A stretch of 45,281 bases of DNA. Origin: a virus. Lineage: Duplodnaviria > Caudoviricetes. Where the stretch lies: positions 1 through 45,281 of IMG/VR virus record IMGVR_UViG_3300037424_000380. The stretch is one strand, 5' to 3'. Shown one piece after another: positions 9,933 through 19,630 of the stretch (position 1 is its first letter; the number at the start of each line of letters is the position of its first letter). The notes below the pieces were generated by a model. That model was not told the DNA's origin, ran no database searches, and was given only the letters and a program-made list of their open reading frames with translations. The translations under genes and the position numbers were made by a program.

Positions 9933-10978
9933 TGGGATTTTCTGCCGGTAAATCGTCAAGCAAACCTGTCGATATGACGCCTACAGCCTTCAAGGATTTG
10001 CAACAGCCGTTCGCGAATGTCATTGGTGGTCTAATCGATCAGTATCTGCCGGGTGCTGCTGGTGACATGATCCAAGGTTATCAGGGTGCTACGACTGCAC
10101 CAGTCGGTGCGGCTGAGCAAGCCGCTCTTACCCAATTGCAGCAATATGCCGGTCAGATCGGCACAGGCGGCACTGGCACAGGTGCTGGTGGATCTGGCAT
10201 AACTCCGGCTCAGCAGCAGTTGCTGGACAGCACGATGCAGTCTGGCTCGACGCCGCAGGCCACGGCTGATTTTGTCGGCGGTCTTGGTCTTGAGGCACAG
10301 GCGCAGCCTTCTCTGGCAGACTTTGTGAGCGGTGTAGGTGGAGCCTCTCAAACCGGAGCTTATAGCGGTGATCCGAACAACCCGCTCATGACCGCCTATA
10401 TTCAGGCCGCACAACGCCAGACGCAACAGGCTTTGGAGGAAACTCTTGGTCGCACTCTGCCGGGACGCTTTGCAGCAGCAGGACAACAGACGCAACCGGG
10501 CGGTTCGTCGGCCTTCGACCGTGCCGCTGCCATCGCGACACGCGGAACGGCGGATGCCCTCGGCGACATCGCCACGAATATCTCCTATCAATCCTTGCAG
10601 GGTGCACAGGCCCGTGAGGCCGCAGCCCTTGAGGCAGAACTTGCACGGCGTGGCCAAACAGGGCTGCAAACGCAGCAGCTGACCGCTACGGCAAAGCAAA
10701 ATCAGCTTGATCGGGCTCTTGGCGCTTCGGAGCAGCAGACGCAGGCTCAGGTCGCACAGTCGCAGGTAACGTCTCAGGATGTAGATACGATGATCAAGAA
10801 CCTGCAAGCACAGGCGTTGCCTCGTATGGTTGAGGATCTTGGCGTCGAGCGCAGCATGGAAGTCTTCAACAACAAGATCAACTCACTTCTGTCCACTCTC
10901 GGCATTGCTGCCGGAACCACTCGCCCGGTTGTCGCAACACAAAGCGGTAGCTCTCAGGTCGGTATGAATTTGAAGTAA
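9932..10978 (+). CDS. DNA ejection (pilot) protein 1
   Basis: Gln/Ala/Gly-rich helical protein with MGFSAGKSSS N-terminus and NPLMTAYI motif; first of three large genes before lysis. Confidence 0.65.
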   Translation: MGFSAGKSSSKPVDMTPTAFKDLQQPFANVIGGLIDQYLPGAAGDMIQGYQGATTAPVGAAEQAALTQLQQYAGQIGTGGTGTGAGGSGITPAQQQLLDSTMQSGSTPQATADFVGGLGLEAQAQPSLADFVSGVGGASQTGAYSGDPNNPLMTAYIQAAQRQTQQALEETLGRTLPGRFAAAGQQTQPGGSSAFDRAAAIATRGTADALGDIATNISYQSLQGAQAREAAALEAELARRGQTGLQTQQLTATAKQNQLDRALGASEQQTQAQVAQSQVTSQDVDTMIKNLQAQALPRMVEDLGVERSMEVFNNKINSLLSTLGIAAGTTRPVVATQSGSSQVGMNLK

Positions 10979-10987
10979 GGAAATGTC

Positions 10988-12640
10988 ATGGCAGGCTCTA
11001 TTCTTGACGTAATCGGAAATCCGTTTCAGCGAGCCACAGAGGCTGCTACAGCGCAGCCTATGGGTAATACTGCATACTTCCCACCCGCGCCCTCTGCTGG
11101 CTCTGTTGGTATGCCGACTAGTCGTATGCCTTCCACACCTGCTTACAACCCTCTGCGCGATCCGGAAGGACCACTGGCAAGGGCTGGCTGGATAGGCGCG
11201 TTGATGGCTACAGGGCCGTCTCGTAGTGATCACCTTATGTCGCTTGAGCAGCAGAAGCAGCAGAAGATCGGTCAGGCTCGTGGCATGGCATTCCAGAAGC
11301 TCTCTGAGCTTGTAGGTCAAGGCTTGTCACCGCAAAAGGCATTCCTACAGTTTATCAACACGCCGGAGGGGATTGACTTCGTGGTCAACGATCCTGACCC
11401 GCAAGCTGCTGTTTCGCAGTTTTTGAAGCTGGCAACTCCTGATCCGACTGCGCAGGCACGAGCAGAAGTGTTCGGTCAAGGCAGACAGCCACAAGCAGCG
11501 GCCTCCGGCCAACCACAAGCTGGTGTGGACATCTTTTCTGGGCAACCGGCAGGTTCTGCCCCGACTGTAGGTGGTACCGACATCTTCACCGGACAGTCGC
11601 AGCAGGGTGCAGTACCGGGCATGCAGGCTCTACCCCCGAATGTGGACGGAGCAATGTTGCGGCAGGGCGCACAGTCGCTGGCCGCTAGTGGTGATATGGA
11701 AGGTGCTCGTCTGGCCATGGAATTGGCGAAGCAATATGATGCGCTGGATAACCCAACCGATCTGGTTGTTGTGCCGGATGCAGCCAGCCCTACCGGAGCT
11801 AGGTTGATACCGAAGTCACAGGCCGCTGGACTGCCTGCTTTCGAGCCTCGTCCGCAGGTCAGTATTGAAGACAAGCGTGGTGGTAAAGTCGATGAAGAAA
11901 TGTCGAAATACTATGTCAAGCGACTGGAGACAGAGATCGATGAGCCCACCAAGGCGGCTAGGGATATTGCCCCGAACATCCAAGCGTTCAGGGCGGGTCT
12001 TGCTGCGAACAACTTTGAGCCCGGCGCTGCCGGTGGTTTCCGTCGTCTGATGTCTCAATATGCGGATCTTCTTGGTATCCCCACCGATAGTCCAAGCATG
12101 CAGTGGATTGGCCTCGGCCAGCCAGCAACGGCTGAACTCATGGAAGGTGCCAGTAATCTGATCGCGGAGAGCATGTCAGGGTCCATGTCGCGTGTTTCGA
12201 ACCTCTCGATCACACTGCTAAAGCAGGCCGCACCGGAACTTGTCAAGACCAGATCCGGCAACGAATTGCTTCTTGATCTGCTGGACACCAACGCACAAAG
12301 AATGCAGCAGATTGGGCAATTCAAGGAGAACTTTATCGCGGAGGCTTATGCTCGCGGTGAGACACCGAATTTGCCACAGATGTTTGGCGAGATTGAAAAG
12401 CTCCGTGCAACATGGAAGCCACTTGACGATGAGTTTAAAGCCAAGATCCAGCAGGCCGAGAAAGACGGCAACAAGGTCACGTTCAAGGGCCTCGTCCAGA
12501 TGGACAATGTCGGAATGAAGGACAGCGGTGATCTCCAGACTTTCAAGAGTGAGGCGGAAGCTGCTGCGGCAGCCGAGAAAGACCCGACACTGACTGATGT
12601 CATCATCAATGGACGCCGTGCCACAGTTAGAAGGCCATAA
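10988..12640 (+). CDS. DNA ejection/internal virion protein 2
   Basis: 550 aa, Q/P/A-rich, helical; position. Confidence 0.6.
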   Translation: MAGSILDVIGNPFQRATEAATAQPMGNTAYFPPAPSAGSVGMPTSRMPSTPAYNPLRDPEGPLARAGWIGALMATGPSRSDHLMSLEQQKQQKIGQARGMAFQKLSELVGQGLSPQKAFLQFINTPEGIDFVVNDPDPQAAVSQFLKLATPDPTAQARAEVFGQGRQPQAAASGQPQAGVDIFSGQPAGSAPTVGGTDIFTGQSQQGAVPGMQALPPNVDGAMLRQGAQSLAASGDMEGARLAMELAKQYDALDNPTDLVVVPDAASPTGARLIPKSQAAGLPAFEPRPQVSIEDKRGGKVDEEMSKYYVKRLETEIDEPTKAARDIAPNIQAFRAGLAANNFEPGAAGGFRRLMSQYADLLGIPTDSPSMQWIGLGQPATAELMEGASNLIAESMSGSMSRVSNLSITLLKQAAPELVKTRSGNELLLDLLDTNAQRMQQIGQFKENFIAEAYARGETPNLPQMFGEIEKLRATWKPLDDEFKAKIQQAEKDGNKVTFKGLVQMDNVGMKDSGDLQTFKSEAEAAAAAEKDPTLTDVIINGRRATVRRP

Positions 12641-12644
12641 GACC

Positions 12645-14879
12645 ATGCCCATAAGCTTTACTTATGACGACGAAAATCCGGCATTGAAGAATGCTCCGGT
12701 TATTCTGCCAACCGATCAACAAGGCCCGCAGCCGATGGCTACACAACAAGGGCCAGCCATGCCGGGCATGCCCGGCGCTGCTGATCTGAACTTTCAGCGA
12801 TATGGTAGCCCTGTAGGGCCGGAAGTCGGTCCGAAGCAGCGTGTCGGGTTTGAGTACGAGCCGAAGCCAAGTGTCGGGACCAAGATGTGGAACAGGTTCT
12901 GGGGCACTGATGTTGAGGACCCGATGCCATGGACCCGCTTGGCTACACAGCTTGTCGGATCACTGAGCGGCGGTATTCCGGGTGCGACAATGGGCGGTCA
13001 AGTAGGCTCTGTCTTCGGCCCCATGGGTACCGTGGCAGGCACAGCCATAGGCGGTATCGTAGGCGGTATTGCCGGTGTGACGGCTGGCTCCGCCGCACCA
13101 GAGGCCACAATGGAGCTTGGCGAATTGACGGGCCTGCTTGCGCCCGGTTATCGTGAGGAACATGGTCTTTCTAATGACGAAATGCGCACCATGATCGAGG
13201 GCGAGGCTTTGATCGAAATCGCCACAGGCGGTGGTATCTCGCTTGCCCGGACAGCTAGCCGTGGACTGTCGAAGTTGGTGACGCGAACTGGTGCGGAAAC
13301 TATGCGCACTGCTGCTGGCGCGGCAGACTTTGCGATTGACCTGATGCCTGTACAGGTTGGTAGTGGGAAGATCCCGCGCGCTTTTGTGAATGTCATGGGG
13401 CAGTTTCCGTGGGTTGGAACCCCGCTTCGTAAACAGGGTTTGCTGATCGAGGAACAGGTAAAGTATGCCGTGGACAATTTGCCGTCCCGCATCGCGCCTG
13501 CTTTCTCGTCACCGGCTATCGGGCGTCAGGTCGTGGATGATGTGAAGAAACTGGCAGGTCGTATCGACAACTATTTTGGCGAGGCTTATAAGGCACTGGA
13601 CGATGCCGCTGAGGCATCTGGCGCGGTTATCCGGCCAGAACAGATTTTGTCAAGGGCTGACACTTTGCTGTCACAGATTTCAGACAAAACCCCATCCGTG
13701 GTCAGCGGCTCGCCGACAGCGTCTAAAGCCCTTGAGCGTGTCAAGTCGTTTATACAAGCAGAAATCTACCCGCTACGAGCTACAATGGATGACGGCAGTT
13801 CTGTCGTGGCCGAGCAATCGATCAGCCGTATGCGCGGCATGACGGACAAGATCAATGAGCAAATCGGAATGCTGGTCAAGGATGGCATCCCTTACAAGTC
13901 CCGGCCTGTGGAAATGCTTATCTCGCTTCGCAATTCTGCTCAGATGGATATGCTCACAAATGTCTATTCCGCTGACACGCAAGCTGCAAAACGCCTTATG
14001 GCGGACTACAAGGAGCTAAATGCCCATTTCTCGACAACCATGAGCGAGTTGTTCGAAACTTCAGCAGCCAAGCGTATTCGTTCAGTTTCGACTGGTGGTG
14101 CCCGTGGTACAGGTGCAAAGGCCACACGCACTACGACTGATAGTCTGATGCGCATTTTGTTGCATGACGAAAGTCCGCAGATCGTTGACGAAGTGCAGCA
14201 GCTTGTGTCGAAAGAGACATTTAACAACATGGCTGCGAACTATTTGCAGAACAAGCTGACTGCCGCAACAAAGGTTGCCGGTACAGAAAGCCAATTCAAT
14301 GTTGATGCATTTGCCAAGCTGATGGGGTTCACGGACAAGAATTCGAACCGCTACTTGCAGGCGAAACGGCTGCTTGACAAAACTGCCGTGCCGATTAGCG
14401 ATGTTGAAAAGTTGGCAGACTATATGCGTGTGGCATCCGACATCAATATCCCGAACATGTCACAATTTGTGGCACGTCGTGCTTCCTTGGGTGGCTTGCG
14501 TGCGGTGAAAAACGCCGTGCTTCCGGGTGCATTGCTGGCCGGTGGTGGCGCTGGTATGGCCGCAACGCACTCTGGGATCGGGACAATTGCAGTTGGGCTA
14601 GGTTCTGTCCTCGGTATGCGAGCCTTCAGCAAGATGATCTCGAACCCGGATAACGCACGCCCGCTTGCCTATGTGATGAACAACGAGATCAACAAATATG
14701 CATGGCGCAGATCGCAGGTTGCGGTCGTCCGTGGAGCTTTGCAAGCATTGGCCGATGAAGGTGAAATCACACAAAAGGAATTCACCACGCAGCTGAATGA
14801 CGCGACCATCTTTATTGATGAGGTGATTGGTGATACGTTGGATTATATGCAACAACGTAAGCAAGAGAAGCGTAAATGA
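12645..14879 (+). CDS. DNA ejection/internal virion protein 3
   Basis: About 744 aa with Gly-rich hydrophobic stretches (GxxxG), typical of membrane-spanning ejection proteins. Confidence 0.6.
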   Translation: MPISFTYDDENPALKNAPVILPTDQQGPQPMATQQGPAMPGMPGAADLNFQRYGSPVGPEVGPKQRVGFEYEPKPSVGTKMWNRFWGTDVEDPMPWTRLATQLVGSLSGGIPGATMGGQVGSVFGPMGTVAGTAIGGIVGGIAGVTAGSAAPEATMELGELTGLLAPGYREEHGLSNDEMRTMIEGEALIEIATGGGISLARTASRGLSKLVTRTGAETMRTAAGAADFAIDLMPVQVGSGKIPRAFVNVMGQFPWVGTPLRKQGLLIEEQVKYAVDNLPSRIAPAFSSPAIGRQVVDDVKKLAGRIDNYFGEAYKALDDAAEASGAVIRPEQILSRADTLLSQISDKTPSVVSGSPTASKALERVKSFIQAEIYPLRATMDDGSSVVAEQSISRMRGMTDKINEQIGMLVKDGIPYKSRPVEMLISLRNSAQMDMLTNVYSADTQAAKRLMADYKELNAHFSTTMSELFETSAAKRIRSVSTGGARGTGAKATRTTTDSLMRILLHDESPQIVDEVQQLVSKETFNNMAANYLQNKLTAATKVAGTESQFNVDAFAKLMGFTDKNSNRYLQAKRLLDKTAVPISDVEKLADYMRVASDINIPNMSQFVARRASLGGLRAVKNAVLPGALLAGGGAGMAATHSGIGTIAVGLGSVLGMRAFSKMISNPDNARPLAYVMNNEINKYAWRRSQVAVVRGALQALADEGEITQKEFTTQLNDATIFIDEVIGDTLDYMQQRKQEKRK

Positions 14880-15094
14880 CACATGACAACGCGCCAAATG
14901 TAATCGACGCAGGGGCAATCACAATCTGGATTGCAACTCTAGCCAATATCCTGCCTTCGGTCGCAGCGTTGCTGTCGATTGTCTGGTTCATGATACGCAT
15001 CGCCGAAAGCAAAACAGTACAAAAACTGCTAGGCAAATATGCTTGGATAAAGGAGAACGACAATGACAACAACCAAACAGGAAGTCACACTTGA
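14876..15094 (+). CDS. Putative holin
   Basis: Small hydrophobic protein (LPSVAALLSIVWFMIRI) directly before endolysin. Confidence 0.65.
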   Translation: MTHDNAPNVIDAGAITIWIATLANILPSVAALLSIVWFMIRIAESKTVQKLLGKYAWIKENDNDNNQTGSHT

Positions 15095-15737
15095 CAAGCG
15101 AACAGTGTTGGAGATTATTCAACACGAGGCAATCATCCGGCAAGCTTACCGTGATCAGAAGGGTATTTGGACGTGGGGTGTAGGCGTAACCAACGCCTCG
15201 GGCCACAATGTTGAACGCTACATCGACAAACCTCAAAAGATGGAACACGTTCTGAATGTCTACATCTGGCTGCTTGAAACACACTATTTGCCAGACGTGC
15301 TGGAAGCCTTTGCAGGCTATAACCTGAAACAGCATGAGCTTGCTGCGGCTCTGTCCTTCCACTGGAACACCGGAGCGATCAAGAAGGCGATGTGGGTCAA
15401 ACAGATTAAGGCCGGAAACCGACAAGCAGCCTATAGTTCATTCATGAATTACCAGAAGCCTGTATCGATCAAACCACGCCGCGAGGCCGAACGCAATCTG
15501 TTTTTCAACGGCATCTGGTCAAACAAGGACGGTATGGTCACGGAGTACACTCAGGTAACAGCTAAACACACACCAGATTGGAAGTCTGGCCGCAAGGTGA
15601 ATGTGGCTCCGATACTGGATCAGATTATGTACACTCAGCCGATAGTAGACAGGGCCGATCAACCGGCGTATAATCCACCTTCGACAGCCAGCTGGTGGAA
15701 TAGCATAAAAGCGTGGCTGTCACGGTTTTTCAAATAA
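15063..15737 (+). CDS. Endolysin, T4-lysozyme-like (GH24) muramidase
   Basis: HE-x8-D-x5-T catalytic triad (HEAIIRQAYRDQKGIWTWGVG), ALSFHWNTG, RREAERNLF. Confidence 0.88.
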   Translation: MTTTKQEVTLDKRTVLEIIQHEAIIRQAYRDQKGIWTWGVGVTNASGHNVERYIDKPQKMEHVLNVYIWLLETHYLPDVLEAFAGYNLKQHELAAALSFHWNTGAIKKAMWVKQIKAGNRQAAYSSFMNYQKPVSIKPRREAERNLFFNGIWSNKDGMVTEYTQVTAKHTPDWKSGRKVNVAPILDQIMYTQPIVDRADQPAYNPPSTASWWNSIKAWLSRFFK

Positions 15738-15748
15738 AGGAGTATGAA

Positions 15749-15946
15749 ATGGATATGCAGAAGATTTTCGGTGTGGTTCGTCACATTATCGGTGGCATCG
15801 GTGCCGGTCTTATCGGCTTCGGTTTTGCCAATCAGGGCGATATCACTCAGGTTCTCACTAGCCTCGACGGCGTTGTCGGCGGTGTCATGGCAATTGCGGC
15901 GGTTGTCGCCTCGGTCGTTTCGAAGATCAAGGGCAAGGCCGAGTAA
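15749..15946 (+). CDS. Small two-TM membrane protein (second holin/antiholin candidate)
   Basis: AAGGAG RBS; two hydrophobic helices, basic C-terminus; in lysis cassette. Confidence 0.6.
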   Translation: MDMQKIFGVVRHIIGGIGAGLIGFGFANQGDITQVLTSLDGVVGGVMAIAAVVASVVSKIKGKAE

Positions 15947-15952
15947 CTCTTT

Positions 15953-15983
15953 GAGGCCCGGTTCGTCCGGGCTTCTTGCTTTT
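15953..15983 (+). terminator. Hairpin/partial terminator within lysis cassette
   Basis: GCCCGG/CCGGGC stem followed by T-rich tract. Confidence 0.45.
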
Positions 15984-15993
15984 GGAGGCTACC

Positions 15994-16203
15994 ATGAATG
16001 TGTGGCTCATAATTAAAACCGTCATCACCCTCGTCACCTTGGCGCTACAGATGATCCGTGAAAACAAGATCAAGACCGGGGCCTACGACGAGGTTCTACA
16101 TGCAATTACCAAGCAGTTCGAAGTGCGCCGCAAGGCAGCCGAAGCAGCAGCGCAGGAGACACCAGTCGATGAAAGCCTTGATCCTTACAATCGTACTCGC
16201 TGA
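15994..16203 (+). CDS. Putative inner-membrane spanin (Rz-like)
   Basis: N-terminal TM helix, helical periplasmic part ending DPYNR; overlaps lipoprotein gene. Confidence 0.65.
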   Translation: MNVWLIIKTVITLVTLALQMIRENKIKTGAYDEVLHAITKQFEVRRKAAEAAAQETPVDESLDPYNRTR

Positions 16204-16372
16204 GATCTTGGTCGGCTGTGCGACCATCAGCGAAGCTCACAAAGGCACGGCAATTGCCAAGGACATCTGCGATCTGTACCCACCCATCACATATGATGGC
16301 AAGCTCGACACCACAATAACGAAAGACCAGATCAAGGTCTTCAACCAAAAACGAAACGCATTTTGTGCATAA
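16169..16372 (+). CDS. Putative outer-membrane spanin lipoprotein (Rz1-like)
   Basis: Signal peptide with lipobox LVG-C; additional Cys; overlaps 3' end of i-spanin. Confidence 0.7.
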   Translation: MKALILTIVLAEILVGCATISEAHKGTAIAKDICDLYPPITYDGKLDTTITKDQIKVFNQKRNAFCA

Positions 16373-16388
16373 CCCAAAGGAGATCTAC

Positions 16389-17090
16389 ATGCGCAAACTT
16401 CTCATTGCACTACTCGCCACATTCACACTTTTCACAGCGCAGGCGCAAGCCTCGGAACTGAAGACCATCGCAGCGGCAACCTTCAAGCTCTATGAGGGCT
16501 CGACTGGCATGTGCTCGACCACATTCCTGAAGAACGATCCGAACGGCGCTTTGTTCCTGACGGCTGGCCACTGCGTTGACCAGATCAAGGATGCTGCGCC
16601 ACTGAACGTGCGCAAGCAGGTGTTGGCCCCGAATATGCGTACTGTCATGTCCGAACAGACCTTCTATGTCAAGCCGGTGAAGACACTCCTGAAAAAGGAC
16701 GTGGCTCTTTTGCAGGTCATGGACAAGAACGTTGTGTTCGCTGAGGCTGGCATTGATATCGCCACACCCGAGGAAGCAACTGCGCTTGAATTCGGCACGC
16801 CGGTCATGGTGATCGGCTATCCGGCAGCACAGGCTCTCTCGGTTACTAAGGGTGAGTTTACAGGCCTCATTCCGTCGCCGTTCGGTGATGTATTTGACCC
16901 TAACCTGACCATGTATCAGACCACGGCTCCGGTAGCTGGCGGTAATTCTGGTGGTGGCTTGTATGCACAATTTGGCGGTACTTGGAAGCTGATCGGAACG
17001 ACGACTGGTGCACGAACCGACAACAACATCATGACCTACTTCCAAACGGCGGACACGATCAAGACGGTGTTGACCGGCTTCATCAAGTGA
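16389..17090 (+). CDS. Secreted trypsin-like serine protease
   Basis: Sec signal (MRKLLIALLATFTLFTAQAQA); TAGHC, DVALL, GNSGGG catalytic motifs. Confidence 0.9.
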   Translation: MRKLLIALLATFTLFTAQAQASELKTIAAATFKLYEGSTGMCSTTFLKNDPNGALFLTAGHCVDQIKDAAPLNVRKQVLAPNMRTVMSEQTFYVKPVKTLLKKDVALLQVMDKNVVFAEAGIDIATPEEATALEFGTPVMVIGYPAAQALSVTKGEFTGLIPSPFGDVFDPNLTMYQTTAPVAGGNSGGGLYAQFGGTWKLIGTTTGARTDNNIMTYFQTADTIKTVLTGFIK

Positions 17091-17104
17091 TCACTATAGC
17101 GTTT

Positions 17105-17134
17105 AAACAAAGAGGGCTCCGTAACTGGAGCCCT
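17105..17134 (-). terminator. Terminator for leftward replication transcript
   Basis: AGGGCTCC/GGAGCCCT stem with T-tract on the minus strand. Confidence 0.6.
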
Positions 17135-17230
17135 TGACGTATGCATGGCATACAAGTTAATATGGAGAGTGATGGTTATTCCATTGTAGTCTCCTTAAAT
17201 TGAGGCCCTTTCGGGGGCCTCTCTTTTTAT
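17134..17230 (+). ncRNA. Candidate promoter plus ~60-nt small RNA with anti-RBS sequence and UUCG terminator
   Basis: TTGACG-18 bp-TAATAT; 17180-17196 identical to 18475-18491; GAGGCCCT-TTCG-GGGGCCTC stem plus T tract. Confidence 0.45.
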
Positions 17231-17232
17231 CC

Positions 17233-17736
17233 TCACCATCCAATATCCTTGATACTCTCGACCGAACCAACCACATCGAAGTCACCGTACTGTGTTGACG
17301 GATAGTCAGCCATCGGCTGTGGTTTATCGACCATCGGACCTACCGTTTGTGCACTTATACCAATGCCTTCATTCGTGAACGCGATGTTGCTATTATGCAT
17401 GTGAACCGGATCTGGGCCGTTTGGCTTATGCCGCTCATGGCTCCAGCCTAGTGCGTTGAAGATAATCGCCTGCAATGCCTCATCGGCTCCATAGAAATCA
17501 CCCTGTTCGGTCTTGAAAAAGAACTCAATCATGTGGCGGTACATGGACTTCTCATAAGCTTCAAGCGGGATGCCCTTCTTCCAGTTGTCGCTGGCCCGAA
17601 GGGTGCCATCCGCCTGCCGTTGGTGCGACTGCATGTACATGGCAAAGCGTGCAAGCGCAAAGGGTGACAAGAAACCCTGAAAGTCTGGCTTGTCATCATC
17701 ATTGTCACGAGTTGCGCCGGTCGTAAATTGTCTCAT
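17233..17736 (-). CDS. dATP/dGTP diphosphohydrolase-like protein (DUF5664 type)
   Basis: FTTGATRD, LSPFALARFA and DNWKKGIP...SMYRH motifs. Confidence 0.75.
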   Translation of the reverse strand: MRQFTTGATRDNDDDKPDFQGFLSPFALARFAMYMQSHQRQADGTLRASDNWKKGIPLEAYEKSMYRHMIEFFFKTEQGDFYGADEALQAIIFNALGWSHERHKPNGPDPVHMHNSNIAFTNEGIGISAQTVGPMVDKPQPMADYPSTQYGDFDVVGSVESIKDIGW

Positions 17737-18005
17737 TTTTCGTCTCCTTCTGTTTTTTCGTAGTCTGTCATGTCAAGAATGTATTGGAGCACGAGTGCGG
17801 CGATCAGCACGGCATGTAAAGCCGCCTTTTCAGAGTGACCGGCACCAGCGCGTATTTCATCCCACAGATCTGTCACATCTTGCCATATGTGTGCTATCCC
17901 TTCCCTTGGGTTGTAGATTTCACCATGGATGTCGATCTCTTCGGCAAGTGCTGCACGAACCTTTGCCAGAATTCGTTCTGTCCGTTGCATATCAGCCGTC
18001 TGCAT
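17733..18005 (-). CDS. Degenerate MazG-like all-alpha NTP pyrophosphatase fold protein
   Basis: REGIAHIWQDVTDLWDEIR...HAVLIAALVLQYI mirrors the EE..ELWDEI...EA.QVAA pattern but lacks several acidic residues. Confidence 0.5.
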   Translation of the reverse strand: MQTADMQRTERILAKVRAALAEEIDIHGEIYNPREGIAHIWQDVTDLWDEIRAGAGHSEKAALHAVLIAALVLQYILDMTDYEKTEGDEK

Positions 18006-18479
18006 TCAGATGCCCTCCGACAAGAGTTGGTTGATGGCGTAGATCGCGTCGTCAAGATTGTTTAAACGCAAGGCCGCGACCTGTGTCACAAACGGATGCT
18101 CATGGATATTCCCCGCGTCCTCCATCACCAGAATGATGGTCTTCCCGGCTTCGCAGGCCATTCCCATTTCGGAAACCGTTCCGATACTGATCCTTTGTGC
18201 ACCAAGCAGGTGCACGAGAACAATGTCAGATCGCTTGATGTCGAGCCGGTCCTTCTCGACAATCACTTTGGCCCCGGAGAAGAAGTGGCTTGGATAGTCA
18301 ACTGCAAGCGGCCCTTGAACCTCGGCCAGATGCCCTTCATGACGCATAGGCGACAGAACCTTGATGCCATTGGCCAGATTTTCTGTTACGCGCTTCCGCC
18401 AGCCATATCGTGCATCGGCATATGTCTCGCCCAAAATCGGGCCAGATAGGTACACCGACCCTTTGTATGTTGTCTCCAT
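18006..18479 (-). CDS. Nucleoside 2-deoxyribosyltransferase-like / nucleotide N-glycosidase
   Basis: VYLSGPI, VLSPMR, DRLDIKRSDIVLV, SIGTVSEMGMA motifs. Confidence 0.82.
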   Translation of the reverse strand: METTYKGSVYLSGPILGETYADARYGWRKRVTENLANGIKVLSPMRHEGHLAEVQGPLAVDYPSHFFSGAKVIVEKDRLDIKRSDIVLVHLLGAQRISIGTVSEMGMACEAGKTIILVMEDAGNIHEHPFVTQVAALRLNNLDDAIYAINQLLSEGI

Positions 18480-18493
18480 TGTAGTCTCCTTGT

Positions 18494-19630
18494 TTAAACG
18501 TTCTCCGTCAGCGTAAACTTGAGCCCTGTCTTAAAGTCAAATGTTTTCGACACAATGGTCCGCAACGCGGTGTGGCCCATGCTGGCATTCCATGCGTCCT
18601 TAGCCGTGAAGGCTGGCAAGATCTCCCACTGTGCGCCGTGCTTCTCGTCACCCTTCGGACCACTCTTGTTCTTATGGTAGTGCCCGGAGTACCCATATCG
18701 ATACTGCGTATTGCCCCAGACCTGCGGCTCAACGGCAGCCATGACGCCGGGCATATCCTCGGCCTTGATCTTGTCGCCGTGCGTGAATGACAGCATCGTC
18801 GTGCCCCACTGATATGACCACAACTCTGCCGGACTACGATCTATCACGACACGCTCGTTACCCTGATACCTGAACCACAGTGCCATACCAAGCGCCTTAC
18901 TCGCATATGGATCGTGATTGCCTCGACACACATGGACCACAACATGTGTATGCTTTTGCAGGGCCATATCGATCATCCAGATAATCAACTCCGTACCAAG
19001 ATGCAACACCTTGTCATGTCGCCCGTCCACATCAAGGTGGTTTCCAGACCGCTCGGTCACGGCGTTGTTGTTGTCGGCATGGAAGAAGTCACCAAGTACG
19101 ACGATCAGGGCCTTCTCGGAATTGGGTGAAATCAGAAACAGATCGCCGACCGACCCAAGAAATTGTTCCTTGGCGATATCCAGATCGTAATTTGCTCCAC
19201 TCTCCTTGGCCCATGCGTACATTCCCAGATGCACGTCCACAACCGGATATAGGGTCAACTTGTTCTCAAGTATGCGATCCCACGCTGGTGCTGTGATGTC
19301 AGGCAGCGGGGTGATACTTTGCCCCATGCGCTCGATCAATTCCTCGATCATACGCTCGACAGCTTCAGTCTCCGGCAACTTATGCTGCCATTCCATCCGT
19401 GTGCCGGTTGCATCTACAAGCGATGTGACTTTGCCCATTGTGTAGCCGGGCGGCAGTTCAGGGCCAAGAAACTGGCCGGTCAGATTGCGCTTGATCGCAG
19501 CCTTCACCGAACGCCGCATACTCGTTTCCGAGACACCAAACTCAGCCGCAGCGGCGGTATACGACCCAAGTTTTTGGTATACTTCATACCTACGAAGATG
19601 TTCCTCGTCAGCTATATGCACGTCAGCCAT
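18494..19630 (-). CDS. Calcineurin-like metallophosphoesterase with N-terminal HTH
   Basis: DVHLG, GDFFH, GNHD, HGD, GHYH motifs; N-terminal SYTAAAAEFGVSETSMRRSV HTH. Confidence 0.85.
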   Translation of the reverse strand: MADVHIADEEHLRRYEVYQKLGSYTAAAAEFGVSETSMRRSVKAAIKRNLTGQFLGPELPPGYTMGKVTSLVDATGTRMEWQHKLPETEAVERMIEELIERMGQSITPLPDITAPAWDRILENKLTLYPVVDVHLGMYAWAKESGANYDLDIAKEQFLGSVGDLFLISPNSEKALIVVLGDFFHADNNNAVTERSGNHLDVDGRHDKVLHLGTELIIWMIDMALQKHTHVVVHVCRGNHDPYASKALGMALWFRYQGNERVVIDRSPAELWSYQWGTTMLSFTHGDKIKAEDMPGVMAAVEPQVWGNTQYRYGYSGHYHKNKSGPKGDEKHGAQWEILPAFTAKDAWNASMGHTALRTIVSKTFDFKTGLKFTLTENV

